Source of the DNA: Paracoccaceae bacterium
GTDB taxonomy: Bacteria > Pseudomonadota > Alphaproteobacteria > Rhodobacterales > Rhodobacteraceae
DNA length: 64,000 nucleotides
Direction of reading: 5' to 3'
Assembly (NCBI GenBank): GCA_036479015.1
Contig: JAZGFB010000007.1
Location: 12,670-76,669, forward strand
In this document: positions 52,040-62,849 of the stretch, in pieces
Layout: every line of letters starts with the position of its first letter
Numbering within the stretch: the first letter of the stretch is position 1
Notes under the pieces: generated by a model
What the model was told of the DNA's origin: nothing
Database searches by the model: none
What the model saw: only the letters and a program-made list of their open reading frames with translations
Translations under genes and position numbers: made by a program

Positions 52040-52660
52040 ATGAACCGAATTCTACCTGGCGTTATCGCCATGGCCGCTGTTGTTGTGGCCTCAAATATTC
52101 TGGTGCAACACCTGTTTGGCCAATGGCTGACATGGGGCGCCTTTACCTATCCCATAGCGTTTCTTGTGACCGATGTGATGAACCGCATCTATGGCGCAAA
52201 CACCGCCAGACGCGTTGTTTTCATTGGCTTTTTAGTGGGCGTTGCCTGTTCACTGGTGGGCACACAGATCATGGGCGAATATGGCCCGCTGGTCACATGG
52301 CGCATTGCAATTGGGTCCGGCCTGGCATTTTTGACCGCCCAAATGCTGGACGTTGCGGTGTTTAACCGGCTGCGCAATACCGACTGGTGGAAAGCGCCGC
52401 TGGCCAGCACTTTGGTTGGCTCATCCGTGGACACTATTGTGTTCTTTTCAATTGCGTTTTCTGGTGCCCTGACGTTTCTGGAGCCGGCAAATGATGTGTC
52501 CTGGGCCGGGGAAGTTCTGCCCATTCTGGGGGCAGGCCCCGAGGCGCCACTGTGGGTGTCATTGGCCATCGCTGATTGGGCGGTCAAGCTGTCACTGGCA
52601 CTGCTGGCATTGATCCCGTTTCGCATGATTGTGAACCGTCTAACAGCACCAGCTGCGTAA
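52040..52660 (+). CDS. yhhQ: Queuosine precursor transporter (YhhQ/VUT family)
   Basis: 206 aa polytopic protein with TWGAFTYPIAFLVTDVMNRIYG and the STLVGSSVDTIVFFSIAF blocks typical of YhhQ. Confidence 0.8.
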   Translation: MNRILPGVIAMAAVVVASNILVQHLFGQWLTWGAFTYPIAFLVTDVMNRIYGANTARRVVFIGFLVGVACSLVGTQIMGEYGPLVTWRIAIGSGLAFLTAQMLDVAVFNRLRNTDWWKAPLASTLVGSSVDTIVFFSIAFSGALTFLEPANDVSWAGEVLPILGAGPEAPLWVSLAIADWAVKLSLALLALIPFRMIVNRLTAPAA

Positions 52661-52704
52661 AACCTTTTGACAAACGCTAAATCTGTGGCAAGCTGCCCCT
52701 GTCT

Positions 52705-52890
52705 TTTAATCAAATGGAAGGAGGTGGTCCAGTGTTGAGAGTGATATTGGAGAACGCGGATGGAACAATCAGAGGGCTGAAAACCTGACGGCAAACCGGA
52801 TGGTTTAGAACCTTTGACTGGGCTTTGCTCTAACTGGCCCGTCTCCTGAATACTCGAAAGGGCCATCGTTCAATCGGTGGCCCTTTTTTT
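52705..52890 (+). ncRNA. Structured small-RNA candidate with rod-like, 6S-RNA-like architecture (class unassigned)
   Basis: This 253-nt gap has no credible ORF. A TTGACA box lies at 52667..52672. GGAGGTGGTCCAGT (52720..52733) pairs with ACTGGCCCGTCTCC (52833..52846). AGAG/CTCT, CAGAGG/CCTTTG and AAACC/GGTTT pairs continue the rod around an asymmetric internal loop. An intrinsic terminator lies at 52861..52890. The ends are approximate. Confidence 0.4.
52861..52890 (+). terminator. Rho-independent terminator
   Basis: The stem GGCCATCG / CGGTGGCC (one G-U pair) has a 6-nt loop and is followed by C plus T7. Confidence 0.7.
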
Positions 52891-52913
52891 GCTGAAGTGT
52901 TTAAAGTGCAAAT

Positions 52914-53336
52914 ATGCTGAAAATTAACGAAAATATTACCATTGCGGATTGGGAGCTGAGCGAAAGCTTTAACCGCGCCTCAGGCCCTGGCGGCATGAAC
53001 GTGAATAAGGTATCAACCGCGGTCGAGCTGCGGTTTGAAGCGGCGCGATCCCCAAACCTGCCAGCGCATTCCAAGAACCGGCTGCGGGTGATTGCGGGGC
53101 GCAAATGGACCAAAGACGGCGCGCTGGTCATTCAGTGCGATGAAACACGATCACAGGCGAGGAACCGGGCGATTGCGCGCGAGCGGTTGGTGGAAATGGT
53201 GCTGGCATCGCTGGAACGCCCGAAACGCCGGGTGAAAACCCGGCCGTCGATGGGCGCGAAACGGCGGCGCGTGGATGCCAAGACGCGGCGGGGGGCTGTT
53301 AAGGGGTTGCGGGGGCGCGTGACGGGGGAGGAGTGA
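52914..53336 (+). CDS. arfB: Alternative ribosome-rescue factor ArfB-type peptidyl-tRNA hydrolase, GGQ motif reads GGM
   Basis: 140 aa with an RF-1 domain block (SGPGGMNVNKVSTAVELRF) and a basic C-terminal tail (KRRVKTRPSMGAKRRRVDAKTRRGAVKGLRGR). The layout is collinear with E. coli ArfB/YaeJ. Confidence 0.85.
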   Translation: MLKINENITIADWELSESFNRASGPGGMNVNKVSTAVELRFEAARSPNLPAHSKNRLRVIAGRKWTKDGALVIQCDETRSQARNRAIARERLVEMVLASLERPKRRVKTRPSMGAKRRRVDAKTRRGAVKGLRGRVTGEE

Positions 53337-53341
53337 GGTAA

Positions 53342-53947
53342 ATGAATGACTTGGATGAAATCGCAGGTGAACATGTATATGTCGTCCATTTTTCAACCTC
53401 GCTGGCGAATGATCACGAAATTTATTTTCCTGATAATTTGAAACATGTGTTAGAAAACCCAACTCAATATTGTCTGTGTGCGTCGGCGTTCACACAGACA
53501 ATGCTGGCCAATGGCATTTATGCCCTTCAATTTGGTGTTGGCTTGATAATTGAAACTGCCCTTGAACAGAATGAACAATTCACGGACACCTGCTGTAGCT
53601 ATGGCGGAGGTCGGCAAATCCGAGCAGCGTCAAATGGAGATCTAGGCTCAAATCGAGTAGAACCTCCCTGTATTCCTATCGATTCCATTGTATCGAGAGA
53701 CGATATACGAAATTCATTGGCTCCCCCAGCAAATGGGCACAATGAATGGGTTGTTAAGCCACCTCATAATATTCTCGGCATTTTTATGAACGGAATAAAC
53801 CCAAAGGTCCAAGTGTTGGGCATTAAAAACGGAAATCGCGAAGTCCCAGCCTACAAAACTACAGACCTTAAAGAAATTCGGAAGTTATTTTATGATCTGC
53901 CAGTTTGGATATTCAACGATGGTAAAGTAACCAAACAAGCGCCATAG
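53342..53947 (+). CDS. Hypothetical protein (AT-rich orphan ORF)
   Basis: 201-aa ORF starting 5 nt after the arfB stop, with GGAGGAG/GAGG just upstream. Visibly lower GC than its neighbours. No motif recognised. Confidence 0.5.
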   Translation: MNDLDEIAGEHVYVVHFSTSLANDHEIYFPDNLKHVLENPTQYCLCASAFTQTMLANGIYALQFGVGLIIETALEQNEQFTDTCCSYGGGRQIRAASNGDLGSNRVEPPCIPIDSIVSRDDIRNSLAPPANGHNEWVVKPPHNILGIFMNGINPKVQVLGIKNGNREVPAYKTTDLKEIRKLFYDLPVWIFNDGKVTKQAP

Positions 53948-53964
53948 GTCGGCCAATTCAGCCC

Positions 53965-55254
53965 CTAAACCACAACCTCCAGCCCCACCTGCTCGCCAAC
54001 CCCAAACACCCGTTTGTACCGCTCAATTTCCACCTTCGGCCCCATCGCTTTGTTCGGGTTGTCGGACAGTTTCACGGTTGCGCGCCCGTTGGCCGACACC
54101 GCTTTGCAGACGAGGGAAAACGGGGCGAGGGCGTCGTTTTCGGTGAAGCCCCTAAAATCATTGGTCAGCATGGTGCCCCAACCGAACGACACCTGAACGC
54201 GGCCGTGAAATTGTTTGTGCAGGGTGGCGATCCTGTCGGCGTCTAACCCGTCGGAAAAGATCACCAGTTTTTTGGCGGGGTCTTCGCCGCGATCCGTCCA
54301 CCATTTAATGGCTATTTCGGCGGCCACTGCCGGGTCTCCGCTGTCGATCCTGATCCCTGTCCAACCCGCCAGCCAGTCGGGGGCGTTGTCCAGAAAACCC
54401 TGGGTGCCATAGGTGTCGGGCAGGATGATGCGCAGGTTGCCGTCGTGTTCGACCTGCCAGTCGGCAAGCACATGGTAGGGCGCGGCGCGCAATGCGTCGT
54501 CAGTATCAGCCAGTGCCGCATAGACCATGGGCAGCTCATGGGCGTTGGTGCCGATGGCTTCTATTTCGCGCATCATGGCGATACGGCAATTGGAGGTGCC
54601 GACAAATTTATCACCCAGGCCTTCCTTCATCGCCTGCACGCACCAGTCTTGCCACAGGTAGGAATGGCGGCGGCGCGTGCCGAAATCAGCAATGCGCAAC
54701 CCGTCAAGACCACGCAGGGTTTCGACTTTTTCCCACAGGCGGGTCATGGCGCGGGCGTATAGGATTTGCAGCTCAAAGCGGTCCATCCTGTTGATCACCG
54801 CGCGCGAACGCAGCTCCATGATGATAGCCAGCGCCGGAATTTCCCACATCATCACCTCGGGCCATGTGCCTTGGAATGTCAGTTCAAACTGGCCATCGCG
54901 TTTTTCCAGGTGGTAGGCTGGTAGGCGAAGGTTTTCGAACCATTCCATGAAATCTGGGCGGAACATGGCGCGCTTGCCGTAAAATGTGTTGCCGCGCAAC
55001 CAGGTGCTTTCGCCGCGTGATAGCGACAGCGAGCGGACGTGATCAAGTTGTTCGCGCAACTCGCCCTCGTCGATCATGTCAGTGATACGAATGGATTTGC
55101 TGCGGTTGATCAGCGAAAAGGTGACGTCGGTGTCGGGTTTGTTGCGAAACACCGATTGGCACATCAAGAGTTTGTAAAAATCGGTGTCGATCAGCGACCG
55201 CACGATCGGGTCGATCTTCCATTTGTGGTTATAAACCCGGGTGGCGATGTCCAT
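53965..55254 (-). CDS. pncB: Nicotinate phosphoribosyltransferase
   Basis: 429 aa with N-terminus IVRSLIDTDFYKLLMCQ and the FGTRRRHS block. It is adjacent to pncA. Confidence 0.95.
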   Translation of the reverse strand: MDIATRVYNHKWKIDPIVRSLIDTDFYKLLMCQSVFRNKPDTDVTFSLINRSKSIRITDMIDEGELREQLDHVRSLSLSRGESTWLRGNTFYGKRAMFRPDFMEWFENLRLPAYHLEKRDGQFELTFQGTWPEVMMWEIPALAIIMELRSRAVINRMDRFELQILYARAMTRLWEKVETLRGLDGLRIADFGTRRRHSYLWQDWCVQAMKEGLGDKFVGTSNCRIAMMREIEAIGTNAHELPMVYAALADTDDALRAAPYHVLADWQVEHDGNLRIILPDTYGTQGFLDNAPDWLAGWTGIRIDSGDPAVAAEIAIKWWTDRGEDPAKKLVIFSDGLDADRIATLHKQFHGRVQVSFGWGTMLTNDFRGFTENDALAPFSLVCKAVSANGRATVKLSDNPNKAMGPKVEIERYKRVFGVGEQVGLEVVV

Positions 55255-55271
55255 GGGCGGTGTTCCCTGTC

Positions 55272-55877
55272 TTAGGCAAGCGTAACGCCGGATTTGACCA
55301 TGCTTTCGCGTGCCGATGCAAGCGAGTTGTCCATATCAATGGCGCGGCAGGACGATTGGATGACCCGGGTATCATAGCCCAAGCGGGCGGCGTCCTGGGC
55401 GGAAAAGCTGACGCAGAAATCAAGCGCCAGGCCGACCAAGCTCAGGGTATCGATACCGCGTTCGCCCAGATAACCATGCAGCCCGGTGGGTGTGGTGTGG
55501 TCGTTTTCAAACAATGCCGAATAGCTGTCGATGGCGGCGCGAAAACCTTTGCGGATAATCATATCGGCGCGGCTGGTGTTCAGCTTGGTGTGGAATTCAG
55601 CACCGGTTGAGCCTTGTACACAGTGGGTCGGCCACAAAACCTGGGGGCCATAGGGCATGTCGATCATGGTGAACGGATCACGGTCCGCATGGTTGGCGGC
55701 GAAAGAGGAATGATCAGCCGGGTGCCAGTCTTGCGTCAGGATCACAGTGGCGAAATCATCCATCAAGGCATTGATCGATTTGACTATTTCATCACCCCCA
55801 GCCACCGCCAGCGCACCCCCTGGGCAGAAATCGTTTTGCACATCGATTACGATCAGCGCGTGGGACGGGGCATGCAT
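55272..55877 (-). CDS. pncA: Nicotinamidase/pyrazinamidase (isochorismatase family)
   Basis: Contains ALIVIDVQNDFCPGGALAV, a catalytic Cys region (LVGLALDFCV) and DWHP. ATG 55877 is preceded by AGGA. Confidence 0.9.
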   Translation of the reverse strand: MHAPSHALIVIDVQNDFCPGGALAVAGGDEIVKSINALMDDFATVILTQDWHPADHSSFAANHADRDPFTMIDMPYGPQVLWPTHCVQGSTGAEFHTKLNTSRADMIIRKGFRAAIDSYSALFENDHTTPTGLHGYLGERGIDTLSLVGLALDFCVSFSAQDAARLGYDTRVIQSSCRAIDMDNSLASARESMVKSGVTLA

Positions 55878-55975
55878 GTCATTTCCTTTCAATTAGAAAA
55901 TGGGTACGCCAGCGGTGGGGCGCGCGTCAAGCAATGGGCTTGCCGGGGCTGAAAAACCGGCGTATCTGGCGGGCC

Positions 55976-56884
55976 ATGTATACCATTGCTGCCCTATATC
56001 ATTTCACCCGGTTTGAAGACCCTGCCGTCCTGAAAGCTGCGTTGCTGGAAACCTGCCGCACCCATGGGGTGATGGGGACGCTGTTATTGGCGCGCGAAGG
56101 TATTAATGGCACCATTGCGGGCAGTCGCGCCGGGGTTGATGCGGTGCTGGCCCATATCAAAAACATGCCGGGGTGTGCCGCGCTGAACTGGAAAGAAAGC
56201 ACCGCAGATCATGAACCCTTTAACCGGATGAAGGTGCGGCTGAAAAAGGAAATTGTGACGCTGGGCCAGCCGGATGTGGACCCGACGGCAGCTGTTGGGC
56301 GCTATGTTGAACCCGCCGATTGGAATGATCTGATCGTGGCCGATGATGTGGTGGTGATTGATACGCGCAATGATTACGAGGTGGCAATTGGCAGCTTTGA
56401 TGGCGCGGTCGATCCGCACACAAAGTCGTTCAATGAATTTCCGGCCTGGTGGGAAGACAACAAGGACCGGTTCCACAACAAACGCGTGGCGATGTTTTGC
56501 ACCGGTGGTATACGCTGCGAAAAATCCACCAATTACCTGTTGGGGTTGGGGGTCGATGATGTCTATCACCTAAAGGGTGGCATTTTGAAATATCTGGAAG
56601 AGGTGCCCGCCGCCGACAGTTCCTGGCAGGGTGATTGTTTTGTTTTTGATGCCCGGGTTTCTGTCGGGCATGGATTGCGCGAAGGCCCGCATCAACTGTG
56701 CTATGCCTGCCGCATGCCGATTTTGCCCACCGACATGAAGCGCCCGGAATATGAACACGGGGTGTCGTGCCATCAGTGTTTTGGCGAAACGACTGAGGCC
56801 GCCAAGGGCCGGTTTCGCGAGCGCCAAAAGCAGGTGGCGCTGTCCACGGCGCGGGGCGAAAAACATATTGGCCCCCCCGCCTGA
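55976..56884 (+). CDS. trhO: Rhodanese-domain tRNA U34 hydroxylase (UPF0176/YceA)
   Basis: It starts MYTIAALYHFTRF, has a rhodanese active-site loop (CTGGIRCEKS) and a C-terminal Cys-rich tail. Confidence 0.85.
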   Translation: MYTIAALYHFTRFEDPAVLKAALLETCRTHGVMGTLLLAREGINGTIAGSRAGVDAVLAHIKNMPGCAALNWKESTADHEPFNRMKVRLKKEIVTLGQPDVDPTAAVGRYVEPADWNDLIVADDVVVIDTRNDYEVAIGSFDGAVDPHTKSFNEFPAWWEDNKDRFHNKRVAMFCTGGIRCEKSTNYLLGLGVDDVYHLKGGILKYLEEVPAADSSWQGDCFVFDARVSVGHGLREGPHQLCYACRMPILPTDMKRPEYEHGVSCHQCFGETTEAAKGRFRERQKQVALSTARGEKHIGPPA

Positions 56885-56953
56885 CACCCCGCCGCCTGAC
56901 ATCGCTGCCTGATTTCTGGCGGCATGGGTGCGCGATGCTGTTAGGGTGCCGTT

Positions 56954-58006
56954 ATGTTATTTCAATTGCCCGAAAAAGATGTGCTCTATGCTGCCCTGTG
57001 CGCGCGTGATGACAGCTATGAGGGGCGCGCCTGGGTTGGGGTGACGACCACCGGAATATTTTGCCGCCTGTCCTGCCCGGCGCGCAACCCCAAGCCCAAA
57101 AATTGCAGTTTTATGACCTCGGTCGCTGAGTGTCTGGAAGCCGGGTTTCGCCCCTGCAAACGCTGCAAGCCACTGGCCAGCGGCATGGACGCTGACCCGA
57201 TGGTTGCGGCCCTGATTGGCGCGTTGAACGCAGAACCGGGGCGGCGCTGGGGCGAAGGCGACATCACCGCTATGGGCTATGATCTGTCCACAGTGCGCCG
57301 GGCGTTTAAACGCCATTACGGGGTGACGTTCCTGGATATGGCGCGGTTGGCGCGCATTCGCCATGGCGCAAAAGCAATTGAACGGGGCGAGCGGGTGATT
57401 GATGCGCAACTTGATGCTGGCTTTGACAGTGGCAGCGGTTTTCGCGCGGCTTTTGGCCGGGTGCTGGGCAAGGCACCGTCCAGCTTTTCCGGTGATGAAT
57501 TGCTGCGCGCCGATTGGTTTGACACCCCGTTGGGGTCGATGATTGCAGTTGCCGATAAACGCCACCTGATGCTGTTGGAATTCTTTGAACGCAAATCACT
57601 GGCACGCGAATTGCAGGCACTGCAAAAGGCGGCGGGCGGCAGCATTGGCATCGGGCGGTTTGCCCCAACTGATCAAATTCAGACTGAAATGCAGGGGTAT
57701 TTTGCCGGGCAAGTCCGCGAATTCAATACCCCACTGGCCCCCATCGGCACCCCGTTCAGCAAATCTGTCTGGGACCAGCTGCGCGAAATTCCGGTGGGCG
57801 AAACCCGGTCCTACGCTGATGTGGCCCGCGCCATTAATCACCCCAGCGCCACACGGGCCGTGGCCCGCGCCAATGGTGCCAACCCGATCGCCATCGTGGT
57901 GCCCTGCCACCGGGTGATTGGCGCTGATGGTTCACTTACGGGTTATGGCGGCGGCATCTGGCGCAAACGCTGGCTGATTGAGCATGAGGTCAAAATGAAC
58001 GCCTGA
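56954..58006 (+). CDS. ada: Bifunctional Ada: AraC-type regulator plus O6-methylguanine-DNA methyltransferase
   Basis: It has an N-terminal Zn/Cys methyl-acceptor region (FCRLSCPARNPK ... PCKRCKP), an AraC HTH in the middle and a C-terminal MGMT site (IVVPCHRVIG). Confidence 0.9.
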   Translation: MLFQLPEKDVLYAALCARDDSYEGRAWVGVTTTGIFCRLSCPARNPKPKNCSFMTSVAECLEAGFRPCKRCKPLASGMDADPMVAALIGALNAEPGRRWGEGDITAMGYDLSTVRRAFKRHYGVTFLDMARLARIRHGAKAIERGERVIDAQLDAGFDSGSGFRAAFGRVLGKAPSSFSGDELLRADWFDTPLGSMIAVADKRHLMLLEFFERKSLARELQALQKAAGGSIGIGRFAPTDQIQTEMQGYFAGQVREFNTPLAPIGTPFSKSVWDQLREIPVGETRSYADVARAINHPSATRAVARANGANPIAIVVPCHRVIGADGSLTGYGGGIWRKRWLIEHEVKMNA

Positions 58007-58061
58007 ATATCGGGCATTTTCCTTTGCAAAATACTCATCCGCACGAAGTGCCAGAAAAAAC

Positions 58062-58091
58062 GCGCCGCCAGGCGCTCAATTTTGTTTTTTT
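58062..58091 (+). terminator. Possible intrinsic terminator after ada
   Basis: A short GC stem (GCGCC-gcca-GGCGC) is followed by TCAATTTTGTTTTTTT. Confidence 0.35.
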
Positions 58092-58139
58092 AAACGCGCA
58101 AATAACCCAAAAACCGGTACCCGCTTTTTGGTTTGCGCT

Positions 58140-61260
<3,121 letters not shown>

Positions 61261-61263
<3 letters not shown>

Positions 61264-61447
61264 CGGCATGGATTGTAACGCTGACATGCGTCCGAGTGCC
61301 CGGCCAGGGTTTCGTCGGCCATTGTGAAATTCCCGTATGATTTGGGATGGTTTATATCTGGATTTAGTCGGGGATGTCGAACAGTTGACGTCGGATTTAA
61401 CCGGCGATGAACGGAATAATCACGCCAACACCGATCAGCCCGAAACC
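61261..61447 (-). pseudogene. Relic copy of gyrB 5' end and promoter region plus a LysE-type 3' end
   Basis: 61261..61316 aligns to gyrB codons at 60341..60395. 61312..61447 aligns to 60547..60681, which covers the gyrB start, the intergenic region and the LysE 3' end. A ~155-nt stretch is missing between two TCGTC microrepeats. Confidence 0.75.
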
Positions 61448-61471
61448 TATGTGATACTGTTGCAATATTTT

Positions 61472-62638
61472 TTAGGTTTCCGCGGGGTGTTCTGTTAGGT
61501 TCTGGCGCCAATCGCGGGCACTTTTTTCAAAAACCCTGTGTGTCATGCGAACAGAGCCACCCACCAGGCTTGCCGCACGGTTCATCATGGTATTGCTTTC
61601 CAATACCTGACTTAATTCGGCAAAGTTATAGCCTTTGCGAATGCCCACCTTTTGCTGGTGATAGTGAAAAATACTGTCAATTCCTTTACCGCGCCATTCT
61701 TGCAATATCCCCATGGCCAAAACACGCACTGATTTAATATTTCCCCGGCGAGAATGCCAAAGCAGCTTGGGCAGGCCCAGCGGGAACAGCTTACCGTTGG
61801 GGATATGGGCAAATGCCTGGTAGATGTTTGGAATGGCGATTGTAAAGCCGATGGTCTTTCCCAGGTGATCCTCTGCGACAAATACCAGATCAAAATCAGC
61901 GATTTGTTTGAGATTGTGACCAAGGTGGGCAAATTCATCCCGGGACGCCGGAACCCAGGGCCAGTTGTCTTCCCAGGCGCTGTTATACACATCCATTAGC
62001 TTTGTTACTTCTTCATCGAAGCGTGATTTATCCAGGTTCCTGATGGTGATGTTCAGTCGTTTTTCGATCTTGGGTGCGGTGGCAATGACCCGGGGGTTCA
62101 TATTGGGCAAATCAAGCCCGTAACAATATAGATCAAAAGATTTTACATAGTTCTGCCGCTGGACAAGGTCACTGTAATACGGGGCATTTCCGGGATTCAT
62201 TACAAAGTTCGGAACATCAAAGCCACCAATTTGCAGGCCAGTTTCTTCGTTAACAGAAAGATTAAAGGGGCCGCGTATGCAGTCATGCTGCCAAGTATCG
62301 CACTGTTGTTCCACCCGCTGAAATAACGCCTGCGCCACCGCATCGTCATCGATGCAGTCAAACAGGCCGAAATGGGTTGTGCGTTCATGATGGGTGGTAT
62401 TGTGTAAACGGTCATTTATCGCAGCGATGCGCCCCACGGGCCGACCATGCCTATAGGCAACAAAAAAATGCACACTAGCGTGCTGGAAAAATGGGTGCTT
62501 AGCTGAATCAAGTAGCTCTTTTGTTTGCACGCGAAGTGGCAGGATCCAGTTGGGGTAATCTTTTCTTAATTGGTAGGGAAGATCAATAAAATCATTGTAA
62601 GATTTTGAATCTTTTACGCTAACGACTGAAACTTCCAC
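61472..62638 (-). CDS. Conserved hypothetical protein, possibly GNAT-fold acyltransferase
   Basis: 388 aa. The C-terminal part (VRVLAMGILQEWRGKGIDSIFHYH) resembles an acetyl-CoA-binding Q/RxxGxG/A motif of GNAT enzymes. The assignment is tentative. Confidence 0.5.
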   Translation of the reverse strand: MEVSVVSVKDSKSYNDFIDLPYQLRKDYPNWILPLRVQTKELLDSAKHPFFQHASVHFFVAYRHGRPVGRIAAINDRLHNTTHHERTTHFGLFDCIDDDAVAQALFQRVEQQCDTWQHDCIRGPFNLSVNEETGLQIGGFDVPNFVMNPGNAPYYSDLVQRQNYVKSFDLYCYGLDLPNMNPRVIATAPKIEKRLNITIRNLDKSRFDEEVTKLMDVYNSAWEDNWPWVPASRDEFAHLGHNLKQIADFDLVFVAEDHLGKTIGFTIAIPNIYQAFAHIPNGKLFPLGLPKLLWHSRRGNIKSVRVLAMGILQEWRGKGIDSIFHYHQQKVGIRKGYNFAELSQVLESNTMMNRAASLVGGSVRMTHRVFEKSARDWRQNLTEHPAET

Positions 62639-62849
62639 GGCTTACTGCTCACATCTACACCAATGATCCATAGGAAATGCAGTCTGGTTGTAAACTTGTC
62701 AACGTTTGGAAAGAAACGTATCTATTGTGGAAACTTAGCATCTCCGGATTTGCCCCACATATACGTTTGTTAGAAAGTTAATCAGATTAAACTCAAGGCA
62801 AAGTTCAATTGTATAAAATAACAGAAAACATATCGAAAGCTGCAACGCT

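Noticed and set aside
52705-52890. Assigning the structured RNA candidate to SRP RNA, tmRNA, RNase P RNA or a known riboswitch controlling arfB.
   Set aside because: The SRP domain IV consensus (GGUCCGGAAGGAAGCAGCC-like) and tmRNA/tRNA-like ends are absent, and it is far too short for RNase P. The closing helix does not overlap the terminator, so there is no evident switch.
58027-58052. Third copy of the 32-nt interspersed repeat (TTCCTTTGCAAAATACTCATCCGCACGAAGTGCC).
   Set aside because: By eye it is only about two-thirds identical to the two clear copies, which is too weak to call without a statistical search.
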